The position numbers were made by a program, and so were the translations under genes. From Raillietiella orientalis (taxonomy: Eukaryota), in contig JAYWIR010000011.1 of NCBI GenBank assembly GCA_036172245.1, positions 3,286,001 through 3,350,000 of the forward strand: a stretch of 64,000 nucleotides of DNA, in the 5' to 3' direction. Shown in pieces: positions 25,911-38,000 of this stretch. The notes below the pieces were generated by a model, which saw only the letters and a program-made list of their open reading frames with translations, was not told the origin of the DNA and did no database searches. How positions within the stretch are numbered: position 1 is the first letter of the stretch; each line of letters opens with the position of its first letter.

Positions 25911-28900
25911 CTGGAAGAAAAACACACAGAGACCATCACAGTCGCACTGCCCGTAGTAGCATGAGCGTTCATGAGCGCGTAGGAAGAGCAAAACACATTC
26001 GAAACACGTTAGTGTGTCAAGTCACTGTGCCAACTCGCGATCCACTTTTTTCGAAAGAAAAAAAAAAAGACTCGCTATCAGGGCAGCAGAGGATTTCCTC
26101 AGCCTTGCTGCTGGATAGCAACAGTCAATCGGCCATAAAGATAAGAAAGATGGCTCGACGAACGCGCTGGAAACGGGCAAAAACCGAAAACACACACACA
26201 CACACATAAAAGGTGAAAATCCATAGGGATGGAGAAGAGCATGAAAACCAAGCTGTTCTCCGCGCAGGGTTCACGCACCTTTTGCGCGGCACTTTTCTCC
26301 TCCTCCGTGCTGCCCACCACGATGTACGTGCAGTTCTTGCCGAACCTCGTGACGATCCTCTCGAAGCAGTTTTCGCGTCCTGGAAACAGACGTTCAGTCA
26401 AGGCAGACGGATGGAACACGGCGGACTCTTCCCAGTCTTCCTTACCGACTTTGTACGCGCTGTACACGTTGTCCACCGAGAACGCGGAGCTTAGATCGTA
26501 CAGTAGGATTTTCGTCAACGTCGGTATCAGACGGTGCTTTGTGACCAAGACGTTGGTGCTCTTGCACTCGTGCCTGCATGGTGAAGAAAAAAAAAAAAAA
26601 ATTAGCTGAAGGTGTATTGACGGTGTTCGTTCATCAGCTTCATTCTTTGCAGGCAAACTCTCGAACACAATTGGTTCACACGTTCCATACGCTCGCTTTT
26701 TCGTACACGGTGACACGCATGCGGGAGACATATTGAAGGTACGTGGATGACGGCTTCTGATGGTGAGACCGGGAGCGGACCTCCTTCGGATGTACAAACC
26801 CATTCTTTTATGTATTCCGTGTAATCAAATGGAAAGGAAGGGAACCGAACCAAAGGTTGCCAAACGCCGAGGAAATTCATGCACAAACAAGCGGAAAACT
26901 CTCTAGTTGCGTGGAACAGCGTTGTTTACCCTCTCCGTCTTAAACGCCCCCCGCTCCCCCCCAGGGCCACGCAACTGTCGCGCTCCCAGAAGCACTTGCG
27001 AAACGTCCACCAGGCAAGAGGCATTGCAAACTGCAATTCACCTTCATTTTCAGGTCCACTCGTCAGCTCATCGACTCGTTCAACACGTGCTGGCGGCACA
27101 CACCACCCTGCTCGGTCGAGTTGCACCGCCGTCCCTGCGAACCTCCGGCCTCCTGGCTGTGAGAAGTCAGGACCACGTGCAAGTCGATTCGAAAGACGCG
27201 AAGACTCGTGGAGGGCAGGCGGTCCCCTGAGGACTTGCAATTCGAATTTTCATTCTACGGGTTTCCATGCGAGGCTTCATCGCTTAGGAAACGCAACGGA
27301 CAGCACGAAAGAGCTGTTTCTCACGCACCGGAAAGCGAGACAAAAGAAGCAAAGAACAAGGAAGTGTGAATCCAGGAGATGCTTAGCACCAAGTATAGGT
27401 AGCTGCGAAAGGCGAGGGCAGCTAATAGATTTCATAATCGCAGTGGCGTGAAATCAGAGCACTCATTAAGGAAAGAAACAAACCTGCTGGCCATCAGAGG
27501 TGTGGCCTGCTAGACGTTAGAAAGGCACTCGCGCACGTAAATTTATAGCATGCTAGCACATCGCTGCCTTCTAAAATCTGCTCCCACGAGTCCTGCGAAC
27601 TGGTTCTGAGAATGTTCCACTTCCTTGGAAACAGCAGCAGCGTCCTCCTCGGATGCTTCGAAACGCGGGTGTCTCAAAAGATTTTCAGCCGTTTGATTAC
27701 GAAACCGCTTTTACGAAAGCTCGGATGGAACACTTTCCATTACGCGTGGAATCCTAAAACACTGTACATTGCGCGCAGAATATCCTCAGCATCCTTTATC
27801 CATCAAGAGAAGATTTTCTTGAAAAAATAAAACTCCTTGCGGACATGCAGGACCGATTTGCAGTCATCACCTTCTTTATGAATAAAAATTGTAGCATTCC
27901 AGCAATAGGTATGTGCGGGTCAATTTTCAAGCAACCGTCAATTGGTACGGAAGAGGGCTATTAGGAAAGTGAACGGCGGCGATTCGGCCTGAACCCATGC
28001 GTTTTGCTGGCATCGAACCGGACCATCGTTAACAGCCCTCAGGGATAAGACCTCCTTAAGAGTTGATGGAATCGTTAACTTCACTGAACGCCTCGTTTTA
28101 TCTTGCTTTGAAAAGATCTTCCTCTTCTTTGGTTCGGAATGCGTCCCATTTCACTTTCTTTACGTTCTGCAGTGTTTGTTAACAGATGAATTCAATCTGT
28201 ATGGTACTTTCTCACTCGAGTTTCGATTATCTAAATCTGCCTATATCTATCTATGTCTCTCTATGTATCCAGGAGAACTCAGGAGGGCCCAAATTTTTGT
28301 CAGAAGAGGGCGAATCCAAAAATGGAGTACTTTTTAGACGGAAGCAGCACTGATCTCCAATTACCTGACCACTTGTGGATAAGCGACATTTTCAACACAT
28401 GCGAGGCTGAATAAATGGAAAAAAAAAAATCAAATGCAAGTTTGTTCAAAGTTCAAAACTAAAAAAACCCCACAAATAAAAAGCTCCGTTTAACACAGAC
28501 GCAAGATGCCTCCTCGGCTTCAGCGTTAACTCACGATGAATAAACAAGCAGTAATGATGCAATTACCTAATTTCACTCTTGCTGGACAGCAACTGCAATA
28601 TACCTGGGCGGCAAGAGGCAGTTTTTTTTTTTTTTTTATTCCTCTTTCTTTTTTTTAATTTCGAATCAAAAGTTAGTTTTTTTGCTGCGATAAGCTGCAC
28701 TGCTATTTTTTGTGCTCACTATGATTGTATTTGTAGCATTCAGCAAGTTATTACTTGCAGCTCGCTGGTCTGCGATAAGGAAGCTGCTTCCAATAAAGTT
28801 ACGTCGCACAAGCAGGATGTTCAGGAACCTCCGAATACGCAGAGGAAAGCAGGCACTGATCACCAAAGCACTGCAAGCGTCGCGGAACCTCTTTCGGAAA

Positions 28901-31900
28901 CCCGTGGCACGCCGAAGCATTTTTTTTTTTTTCGAAAGCTCCTCCTCATTCAGATGCGTTCCTGCGAGCCGAACCACCCGCTTCGTCTCGGGGTGCACCA
29001 CGCTCCACACAACTCCGCCTGAAAAGCTGTGTCCAGCTGGCACGGCGGCGGTGCGCACGCTTCGATCCGAGGTGCGCAACGACCGGGAAAGCTTCCCGGA
29101 AGCCTCCGGGCTCGCCGGCAGACGAGGAGGAGGGAACCCGAGGTTCCAGGCCACCACCTCTCCCCGATCCACGCAGGATCCACACACACACCCTGTGCCG
29201 TCGCGTCCTCCGGGTCGTGGAGACGCCGCGAAGTTTCTCACGCCGCGAAGAGACAGGGAGGCGAAGGATGCAACTGGGCGAAACTTCGCGCAAGCGAACA
29301 CATTTTTCAGCTTCGTACTTTTGGGCGTCATGCAGTCTGTACGGACATACCTTCGCAACCGAAACGTGTGTCGGTTTCCGACTCTCCTTAGACGTTCGGA
29401 GTGGCAAACACCGTGCTTTCATTCAAAAAATTTGACAGGACAAAAAAATCACACACACACATACACACACAAAGGAAAAAGAAAAAGTGCTGTTAATAAA
29501 TTCAAAGGAATTTAAAGTTGAAAGCGAAAGAAAAAAAGAATACACGGTGCTTCCAGTGGAAAAGAGGGCCTCCAATAGATCAAATTCGTCTACTTACTGT
29601 TCCATGGAATGACACACAATTTTATGATGAGGGGATGAGGAATATGAGTCTTGCAAGCGCCAACGAAACAGAATTTTCCGGACTAAAAATACTCCCCCTC
29701 TCCTGGGCGAAAAATCCCTGCATTCTCGTTGCAAGAGACTTTTCTCGAAGGCTCCAGGAGTGCTGCTGCATGGGAACGACCCGAGAAAATCGTAATCGAG
29801 AACGGCGCGGCGAGAAACGGGGGACGAGCCCGCTTACGAAGAATGGCTGACTGGGACGATGAGGGAGGGAGGCGCCCCAGGATTCTCGGAGGGCCTTCCA
29901 TGCCACGTCCGCCACATATACCCGCAAGGCGGGAGCACCTGACTTGAGTTTCGAATTTGGTTGTGCGGACGGTCAGAGGAAGGACGGTGACGGAAGACGG
30001 AAAGAAGAAGAGGCTCGGCGCGACAAACAAAGGAAAAGCGCGCAAAGTCTTCCTGGTAGGAACGATCGCCGTGGTGAAGAGACGATTTTCAAAAGATGGG
30101 AACGACTTTTCAAGTTCCCCTCCCTTTCTAACTGTAGGGAGTGTGATTTTTTGCGCACGGCGGTTTTTCGAAACCTGAGGAACTCATGCCACGCAACTGT
30201 GGTCCGGGTATCCCTCTGCACCATCTCTAATACAGAAGTCTCATTCAACAAAAGCGGAACCCCTACTTCTCTAAACGCAAGCCTGACCTTGGCAGAGTGT
30301 CACCTGAGCACAACAAACTGCCGTGGCTCCTCGGAAACGGTTGCCGTGGCGATCGCCCGACAACTGTCATGCCACGCGAGGGAGAGGAAAATTCAGCAGC
30401 GACAAGCGCTTTCGGCAACTTTCGCAGGTGGCTCAACGCTGGAGGGTTTGATGTGGCGAACCTGGCGTCGGCATGTGGCCTATTCCCTTCCAAAGGTGGC
30501 TGGGCTGGAAACCCAATCGCGACAGCCTAAGGGCTTGAACCGCCGAGTGAACCGCTTCCACCTATGGGTGCGGAACAGCGACTTTCCCACTCGCCGCCGT
30601 ATCTACCGCGAAGCAGCGAGCCACCGCAAAGAGCAGAATTTTCTCGAAAGCATAAACGAGAAGAGAGCTAAGGTACGCCGGCACGGAACTGCCCGGCACC
30701 CCCTCCTCCTCGGAGGGAGAAACGCATCGATCTTGCTACAAGAAGGAAGGTCACGTGGACGGAGGCGGACGCCATAGTTGGATTTTCGATCGATCCTCGT
30801 TCGCGCCGCAAGTCCACGCCAAAAGTCTGGCGGGAGACGGCAGAGTGCCGGTGGAGTCTCCTTCTCCGGGAACACAGTCCGCGGCGTGCGCAGATTTGCA
30901 GCTGGGGAAGGGGGTCGAAGAAAAAGGGCTCCGGTCCACCGTCCCGCCTCCTTCCCCCGTTGGACGCGGCCTCGTTTGCAGGGTCTGGGTAGGTGAGTTC
31001 ACGAGTCAGTCCGCCGAACGCGACGAAAGCCGATGACCATCGCCGACATGCGGTAATGTGCCCCATTCTTGCATGGACGCAGACAAGTGGGGAGGATGGG
31101 GTGAAGAAAGAAACGCACGGAGACGCTGGGGTGTGCTCGAAAAGGCTGTGGGGAAAAAAGGTACACGACCACCGCGGCCCTACTGTGCTCGGAGGCAAAT
31201 GGATCCCCCAGCGTGGCTGCTCGTTTCAGATGAGGGGCAGCGCCAACGTGCACGGCAGTTGGGTGGGGAGGAGAAGGGATAGGGCAGGAGGAGGCGCTGA
31301 GTCTTCACGAGAAAACAAGCGAGCAATCCGTGGTGTTTCACCGGGGTGGGCAGCTTGCAGCGAGCTCATTGCTGGGCACCCAAGGTACTGCTGTCCATGC
31401 CTGCCAGCGTGCAGCCACAAGCTCATGCGTACTTCGCGCACCCGAAAATAAAAACAAAAAAAATCGAAAAAACAACAGGAAAACACACACACATACACAC
31501 GCGCGCGCGCGCAAGCTGCTGGACTGCGCATGCTCACGTGCATGCAATCGCAGCGTGCTGCCACATAAAAGTGCTCATAATTTCAAGGTCGGCAGAGCCG
31601 TTCGACACCGGAAACCACACGTCTTGCTTGCCGAGATCGGAAGGTTTCTATGCCAACGAGCGAGTGAGCCAGCGCATGTGCTGCTGCTGCTTCTGAGGCG
31701 GTGGCGGCGGTGGCGCCGCCGCAACATCCGTTCCTTGTTGACGGCCAGCCGGCTGGCCGGACAGCCGCGCAGGACGGAGGAGTGGCCGCCACCTCAAGAT
31801 GACCCCGACGCGTATCCTTTCCTGCAGCTCTCACGCACCTCTGCCCCCCCCCCCCCCTCCCACAAGCGCAGCGGCAGTCGAAGAGCGCTGACGCGCTGCT

Positions 31901-34900
31901 GCGGGACGCGGCGCGTGAAGAACACAAGGCGGCGCCAGCATCCCCAAGAGAGATGGAGGGATTCTTTTCGCTACCCCAATTGCTACTGGGGAAGAAATCC
32001 AGCAGCTGTAGTTGCAGGCAGTGCAGCACCACTCGTCCCGCTCTCCGGCACCGCTGCTGCGATTCCTCCGCATCCAGAGAAGAGGGGGAGACGAAAACAC
32101 GGCAGGTGCTCGGGACACATGCGGAAGTGTCGCACCAAGGCGGCGGCTCAAGATGGAGCACCGTCCAGGGTCGGGTGTCGAAAACCGAACAGAGTAAGGA
32201 GGAGAATGAGCGAGTGGGTAGTGCGAATCGCGTCCTGCAGGGAAGACGGGAGGAGGAGGAAAGAACCCTGAAAGCGAGTGGACTCCGGCGCGCAGCGTGT
32301 CGGTGCACATGGACCACCAGCAGCAGCAAAAATTCCCGAAGCGCCGAGGAGAGTCGCTCCCTCCAACTTTGTAGAGTGAGGGAGACCTCTCTGCACGACG
32401 GGCGAGGAGGTCAGTTTCCGGCCAGGCAGAAGAACACGAAGAGGAGTTAATGCAACACCTCGCGGAGTCCGTGGAAGGGCAGTAAAGCGAAAAAGGTCTT
32501 TTCGGTCTCTGCTTTCCTTGGGCGACGGGGACGAGAAGGAAGACGTCTGGGTCACTGCGACGCAGCCCACGCGTCACGGCGATCTCTCTTTTCTTGGGAA
32601 GCTCCCTCCCTCCCTTCCGGTTGGCCGGGAGACTCGTCTTCCTTTCCCACTTCCCTCGCTGAGATGCTCCCCTTCCCCGTCAAATCCGTGCCTCCGTCTG
32701 AAGCTTCCAGAACCAGAAGAGTGCGACCATTCAGCATCTGGAGCACCATCTAGTCGGCGGCGGCTCCGCGTTCCGCGCACACCAGCCTGCGCGCCGAATC
32801 AGCGGCGGCGGCGAGCCAAGCGGCGCGGTCTGTCCGGTTCGGCAGAAACCACGCGGCCCTAGCCACGCGTGCGCCTGCGCGCGCAGCGGAGTTTCCGCAG
32901 TCCTTCGGAGGAGGCACGAAAGCTCGTTTCCGGGTGCTCCTCTGGCGACGCTCCGGGAGCGCGGGCGCCGCCGCCGCCGCCGCCGCCTCGCGTTCTGCAA
33001 GACCCGTGCGCCCTTTCTGCTTCTATGAGCTCCCGCGTTACGCGGGCCCGCGAAGCAGGACTGCTCCCTCGCCGGTTTCGGGGGGCACGTCCGGGGCGCA
33101 TGGACCGACAGGTGCAACAGTGATCCTTCTCCTCCACCGACGACCATGGCAACGCGCAGAGCGAGAAGAGTAAAAGCTGCATCACTCGCCGCTGCGACGA
33201 AGACGAGGCGAACGTTCTGCATCTTCCTCGACCCTCCTCCGTCCCAACCCCCAGATCCCCACGCTTTGCGCTGCAGGCGCAAACGCGTTTCCAAGAGGTT
33301 TCATGCCCTTGGCAACCGATTGTCCCGGCGGGAAACTTTCCATCGGGAGATTCCCGGCGTGCTTCGTTTCGCCGATCCCCTTTTCCTTGCCTTTCCCCTC
33401 CTGCACCCTTTTCCAGGAAGAGAGGAAAGGGGGATCATGAAGGCTACATAAATAAATCACTCGTCGCTGCTGCAGAACGTTCGTGGAAGGGGCGGGTCGT
33501 GAGCACGCGGCTCGCGGACGAAGCCGATGCAGAAGCCCGCCTCTTCCATCTGCTCCGGTGCAACCCGAAGTTAAAGGTCTGTTTGATTTCGATCAGCGCG
33601 CGGCGAAGAAGGAACGATCACTCGTGGCTACAAGGACAGCCAAAACCCGTTCCCCGGTGCACAAAAACTTTCCTACTCCCCCTCCTCCCCGCCTCACTTC
33701 CAAAAAAAAAGAAACACTCGTAATTTATAGATTTCGAGAAACATTAAATCAACCGGCAGAGATCCAGCATCCTTCACGCTTCACGAGTCGCAGCGGCACC
33801 AGCACCAGCACCAGCAGTTACGCACCGAGGGATGGCAGTGCCTTCCTGCTGGGAACGAATCCGTGTGGCTGCTATGGGCAGCCCCAGAGGGCTGCAGTGG
33901 AGGGAGGAGGCACGTGCGGACAGATGCACCAAAGAGCTGCGGAAAGCGCAGGAGAGATTTCCGTCGCTAACCCGAGCGCTGTTTCATCCCATGCGACTCT
34001 TCGATTACATCTGCCCCCCCCCCTCTCCCGTTCTTCATCCTTTTCATTGCGCTTTATGCATTTACGCGTGCAGATGTGCGCGCGTGGTGAGGTCTGTTCA
34101 GGAAGCTGGGAAGAGATGCACTTCCCAGCATCGTCTTCGCAAGAATCCGAAACTTCCCTCTTCCTGATTGGCTGCACCTCGCGCGCACTGTGGGGCGGGT
34201 AAACCACAATTTGGCCGGCGGAGGGAGGAAGGTCTGTCAAAAGACCACCACCAGATCGCGGGGGAAAAAAGGAACTGCAGGCGTTGACGTTGACTTTCTT
34301 CCCTCTTTTCTTTTTTTTTTCCTGTTGATTTTTTTTTTTCCTTTCGAAAAGAGGAGACACGAAAAGAGGGGAAATGCGGGTACTTCTCGGCAGGATCCAC
34401 AGCATCGGATGGCCGCCCGCTGCCGTGGCGGGCAGGAAACGCCAGGAACACTTCTTGGGAGAATTCCCATCGCTCGCGTGTCACAGCGGCACCTTCCAGG
34501 CCGACCAAACCAACACGTCCGCCCGCTGCCCCTTCTGGTGCTGAGCGCCCGCGGATCTCTCTCAACGAAATCATGCCCTGTGTGTCCACCGGTGAAGTCT
34601 CCGTGGTCCGTGGAAAGGCGGGGAGGGGATGGACGCGCCGGCTGCAACGCAGCAGGAAAAGAAACTTGGCAGCGGCGGCAGTGGTCCGGCGCCCTCTTCC
34701 GCTCTCCAGTGGAGAGAGGCTCGAGGGGCGGGAGCAATCGCGATTCCCGTCCGTCGTCGTCCGTCTGGGAAGGAAGCCAGCCGCCAGGCGCCGGGGTACT
34801 GCCGGAACACTTCGGCCGCTCCGGCGAACAGGAGGGCTGCGATTGGTGTTGCGGCTTCGTGTCGGATGCGTCTCGAGCTATCGCGATCGCGATCAGATAC

Positions 34901-34957
34901 GGACCGTCTTTTCACTCGGCAAATCAGGAAATCAGCAGCCGCTTAAGCAAACAACTG

Positions 34958-35001
<44 letters not shown>

Positions 35002-38000
35002 CCTCACATGGGTACGCAGTGAAATCCGGGAGGAGATCCTTCTACAGGAACGCACTGACCCCCGGACGGTAAACGGTGTGCGGGCGCTCAATTTTGCCGC
35101 CAATGGTTTCTCCTTCGAACTGTGCAGGGGTTTCTCCCGCTGGACACCGTCCTGGATGTGTTTCAGCGCGCGGTCTGCCCCCCCCCCCCCCCCGCGTTCC
35201 GCCTGCACTCTCGCCTGCCGAGCCCGCGCGCTCAGTCGAAATACACGAATGGATGCTGCCCACGGGGAGGATCCATCGTGTGGCGGCGCTTCTTCGTCAA
35301 CGGACAGAGTCTTGGAGGCCGCGCCTCCGCGCCGAGAGCCGGGCATCGCGCGCGGGCTTCTACGCAAACCGCACGATGCGCCGCCGCACGTCGTGAACAC
35401 CCGCGCGCCGCCGGCCGGCCGGCCTCGGAAAGCCTCGGGAAGGGCGCGTGACGCAACAATCGCTCTCCGCGTTGACACCGCCGACGTCCGGCGCCGCTCC
35501 TGTTGCGTACGCAACGGCGCCGGCTGGGTTGCCGCAGTGATGCACGAGCCGCGAGGCAACGCACCATGCGGTTCGTGTGTTAAAGGGGCCCTGCGTTCCC
35601 ACCGGACCCAAGGGGATGCTCCCGGCTGAGGAAAGGTTTCGCAGGATGCTCCCCGCGCTGGAACCGGATTACCCCTGCCGCGCTACCCTACGAGAAGGGC
35701 TCTCCTTCGCTCCTGCCACTCGGGAGCCGCGGCGACCCCAGCAAGAGGGTCGAAGGGAGAGCCGCAGCCCCACTGCGGGGGATGCAACGGGAAAGCTTGC
35801 CGCCTATGCGGGAAGCGCTCGTACCCTACGCGGAGGGACACACGACGGACGAGGAGGAGCGGGAATTACCCAAGGTCTCCTGCTCCGCGTCCGTGGCTCC
35901 CCCTCGGAGAAAGTGAGCACACTGCGTCACAGGGCTCCTCTTCCCAACTCTCCTGGAGGGAATTGCCGCTGCCGCCCGCTGTTCCTGCAGAGCAGGAGCG
36001 ACGAGTCGGTGAGAGAGGAAGGGGACTGCTCTCTGAGTCCGCGGACGCTTTCGTGCTCCCTCCCGGGGGAGGGGGAGGAGGAGACGTCAAGGGGAAGACC
36101 AGAAGGGGCACACGAAGAGGAAGATGGAATCTTGGGAGGGCAGGAAGAAGGCTGCAGGGAAAAGGGAACGGGAGACAGGGGCAGAGTCGGTCGGAGTCGT
36201 GGTGGGCCATCATGGTCTCGATGGCCTTTCATGACCCTGAAGTCTTTCTCACCTGCTGTTGACGATGTTCAGGCAGGAGCTCGTGATAGTCAGCCAGCTT
36301 CCCGTCAGGATCTCGATGTCCTGGCGCACCTGCAGCCACTCCTCTCTCTTCATGAGAGACTCTCCTTCCCTCTTCAGGCGACTCTTCTCCTCGTAGTCCA
36401 GATCGAACATCCCTGCGGGAGAGACGGAAGGCAGTGGGTGGGATGTGGGGAAGAGACCGGGGCGCCGTTCCGTGGCGCCACCCACCTCCGGAGACTGCGC
36501 GGCATTTGTTGTACATCTCTTTGATCTGCCGATACCGGAAGGCCAGCTTCCGCATCCAGTCCACGCCACCGCGATTGCCCTGGGGCAGAGAGATGAAGTC
36601 TTTGTGGTTGGCCAGCACCAGGCGGAAACCGTCTTCGGCGAAGTTGTAGTTGCTGGAAGACAGGCGAAGCCACCGTGAGTGCTGTCCTCCTCGCCTCCTC
36701 CTACCCAGGCAGGAGGAGGCGGGTATGCGCCCACCCTCACCTCAAGTCCTGCCCGTTGTCGTCGGAAGCTGCGTCGTCCACGTGAACTTGGTCGTACTCC
36801 TGTAAAGGAGGCTGTGAAAAACCCAGGCGGCTGCGCTCACCCCGGCTTGGGAGGGGTGCGAGGGCACCCGTTCTCCCATTCCCAGACCTCTGAATGCGCA
36901 AGAGGACGCAGGCGAAAAGTCGACCCCGGCCCAAGGAGGTCCCGAACGGGGCTTCACACGCGCACGTTCTTCCGGAGATCTGTGAGAAGGGTGCTCCCTA
37001 GGACGGAAGTGGACTTCGTGGACGTCGAGCACTTCCGCCGCCCTCCCCTTCGGTCTCCCTGGTCAGGCGCCAGCGAGGGAATTCCCTCCACGCCATCTTT
37101 TTTGCTTGCCGCGTCCCAGATGGATTGTTCCCGTCTGGAGAAGCGCGCGTACCCCTGGGAGAGAAAGCCGCGCCTTCCGTAGAGACTCGACGCCCCCGCA
37201 TTGACCTCGAAGTCTTCCTTGCGTCCCTGCGCCCCTCCTCTCTCTCGAGGCGGCGGCGGTGGCGGCGGAGGCAGCAGCTCGTCCGCGGGTCATCGACGCC
37301 ACTGCCATCGCTGCCTGCTGCCCCGGGAGATGCGCACGCGCGAGCGAGCGCGCACCACGAGAGAGGCCAGTGGGTGCGGGTCGGTTGCTCGGTCGCTCGC
37401 TTGCTCGCACTCACGCACTGCGCGGGAGACGCAGCTTCTGGGTGAAATGGCGCAGCCGCCTCTCCCTCTGGCACGAAGGCACAGGCAAAGAAAGAAAGAC
37501 GCGGGGACCAGGTCCGGCTTCCACCGCCTTCCCAGAACGTCCCCCTCCCTTCATTAGCCCGCGCGCATTCGTGACGCTCCCACCGAGAGAGCCCTTCAGA
37601 AGAACGGACGGACGGGCAGGTGGGCGACACGTGCTCGGTCAGGGGGCGCGCCCGATGGGTGGTGTCGCTGCAGACGAGACTCCGAAGAGGCATCGCTTCC
37701 CCTCCTCTCCTCACGAAACACGGAGTGGTCCCCTCTTCGGACGGTCGAAGCAGCGGACGATCCCCCGGAATCAGGGTCACGGGAAAGCAGGTTGGAGTGC
37801 GCGAGGTGCGCTCCTTGGTTCTCGCCTCCTGCTGATCTCTTCTTCCCTCTCTGCAGCCCTCCCTTCCCATAACTAGTCTCCCTCACGCCCACAATACTTC
37901 GTCACCCGCCTTCGCGAAAGGCGTCCCTCGGCTGCCGCATAGACGAGCCAGCACAAGGGGCCGCCGAGGCAAGGGGGCGGGACGCAAGAGCCCAGCCCCA

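Noticed and set aside
26926..27100. MPLAWWTFRK, similar to hAT PL.WW
   Set aside because: Single short motif with no supporting context
34190..35629. 479-aa plus-strand ORF
   Set aside because: Low-complexity R/G/P/S translation that crosses a (CT)n microsatellite, has no domain motifs and is antisense within an eya intron; typical of GC-rich stop depletion
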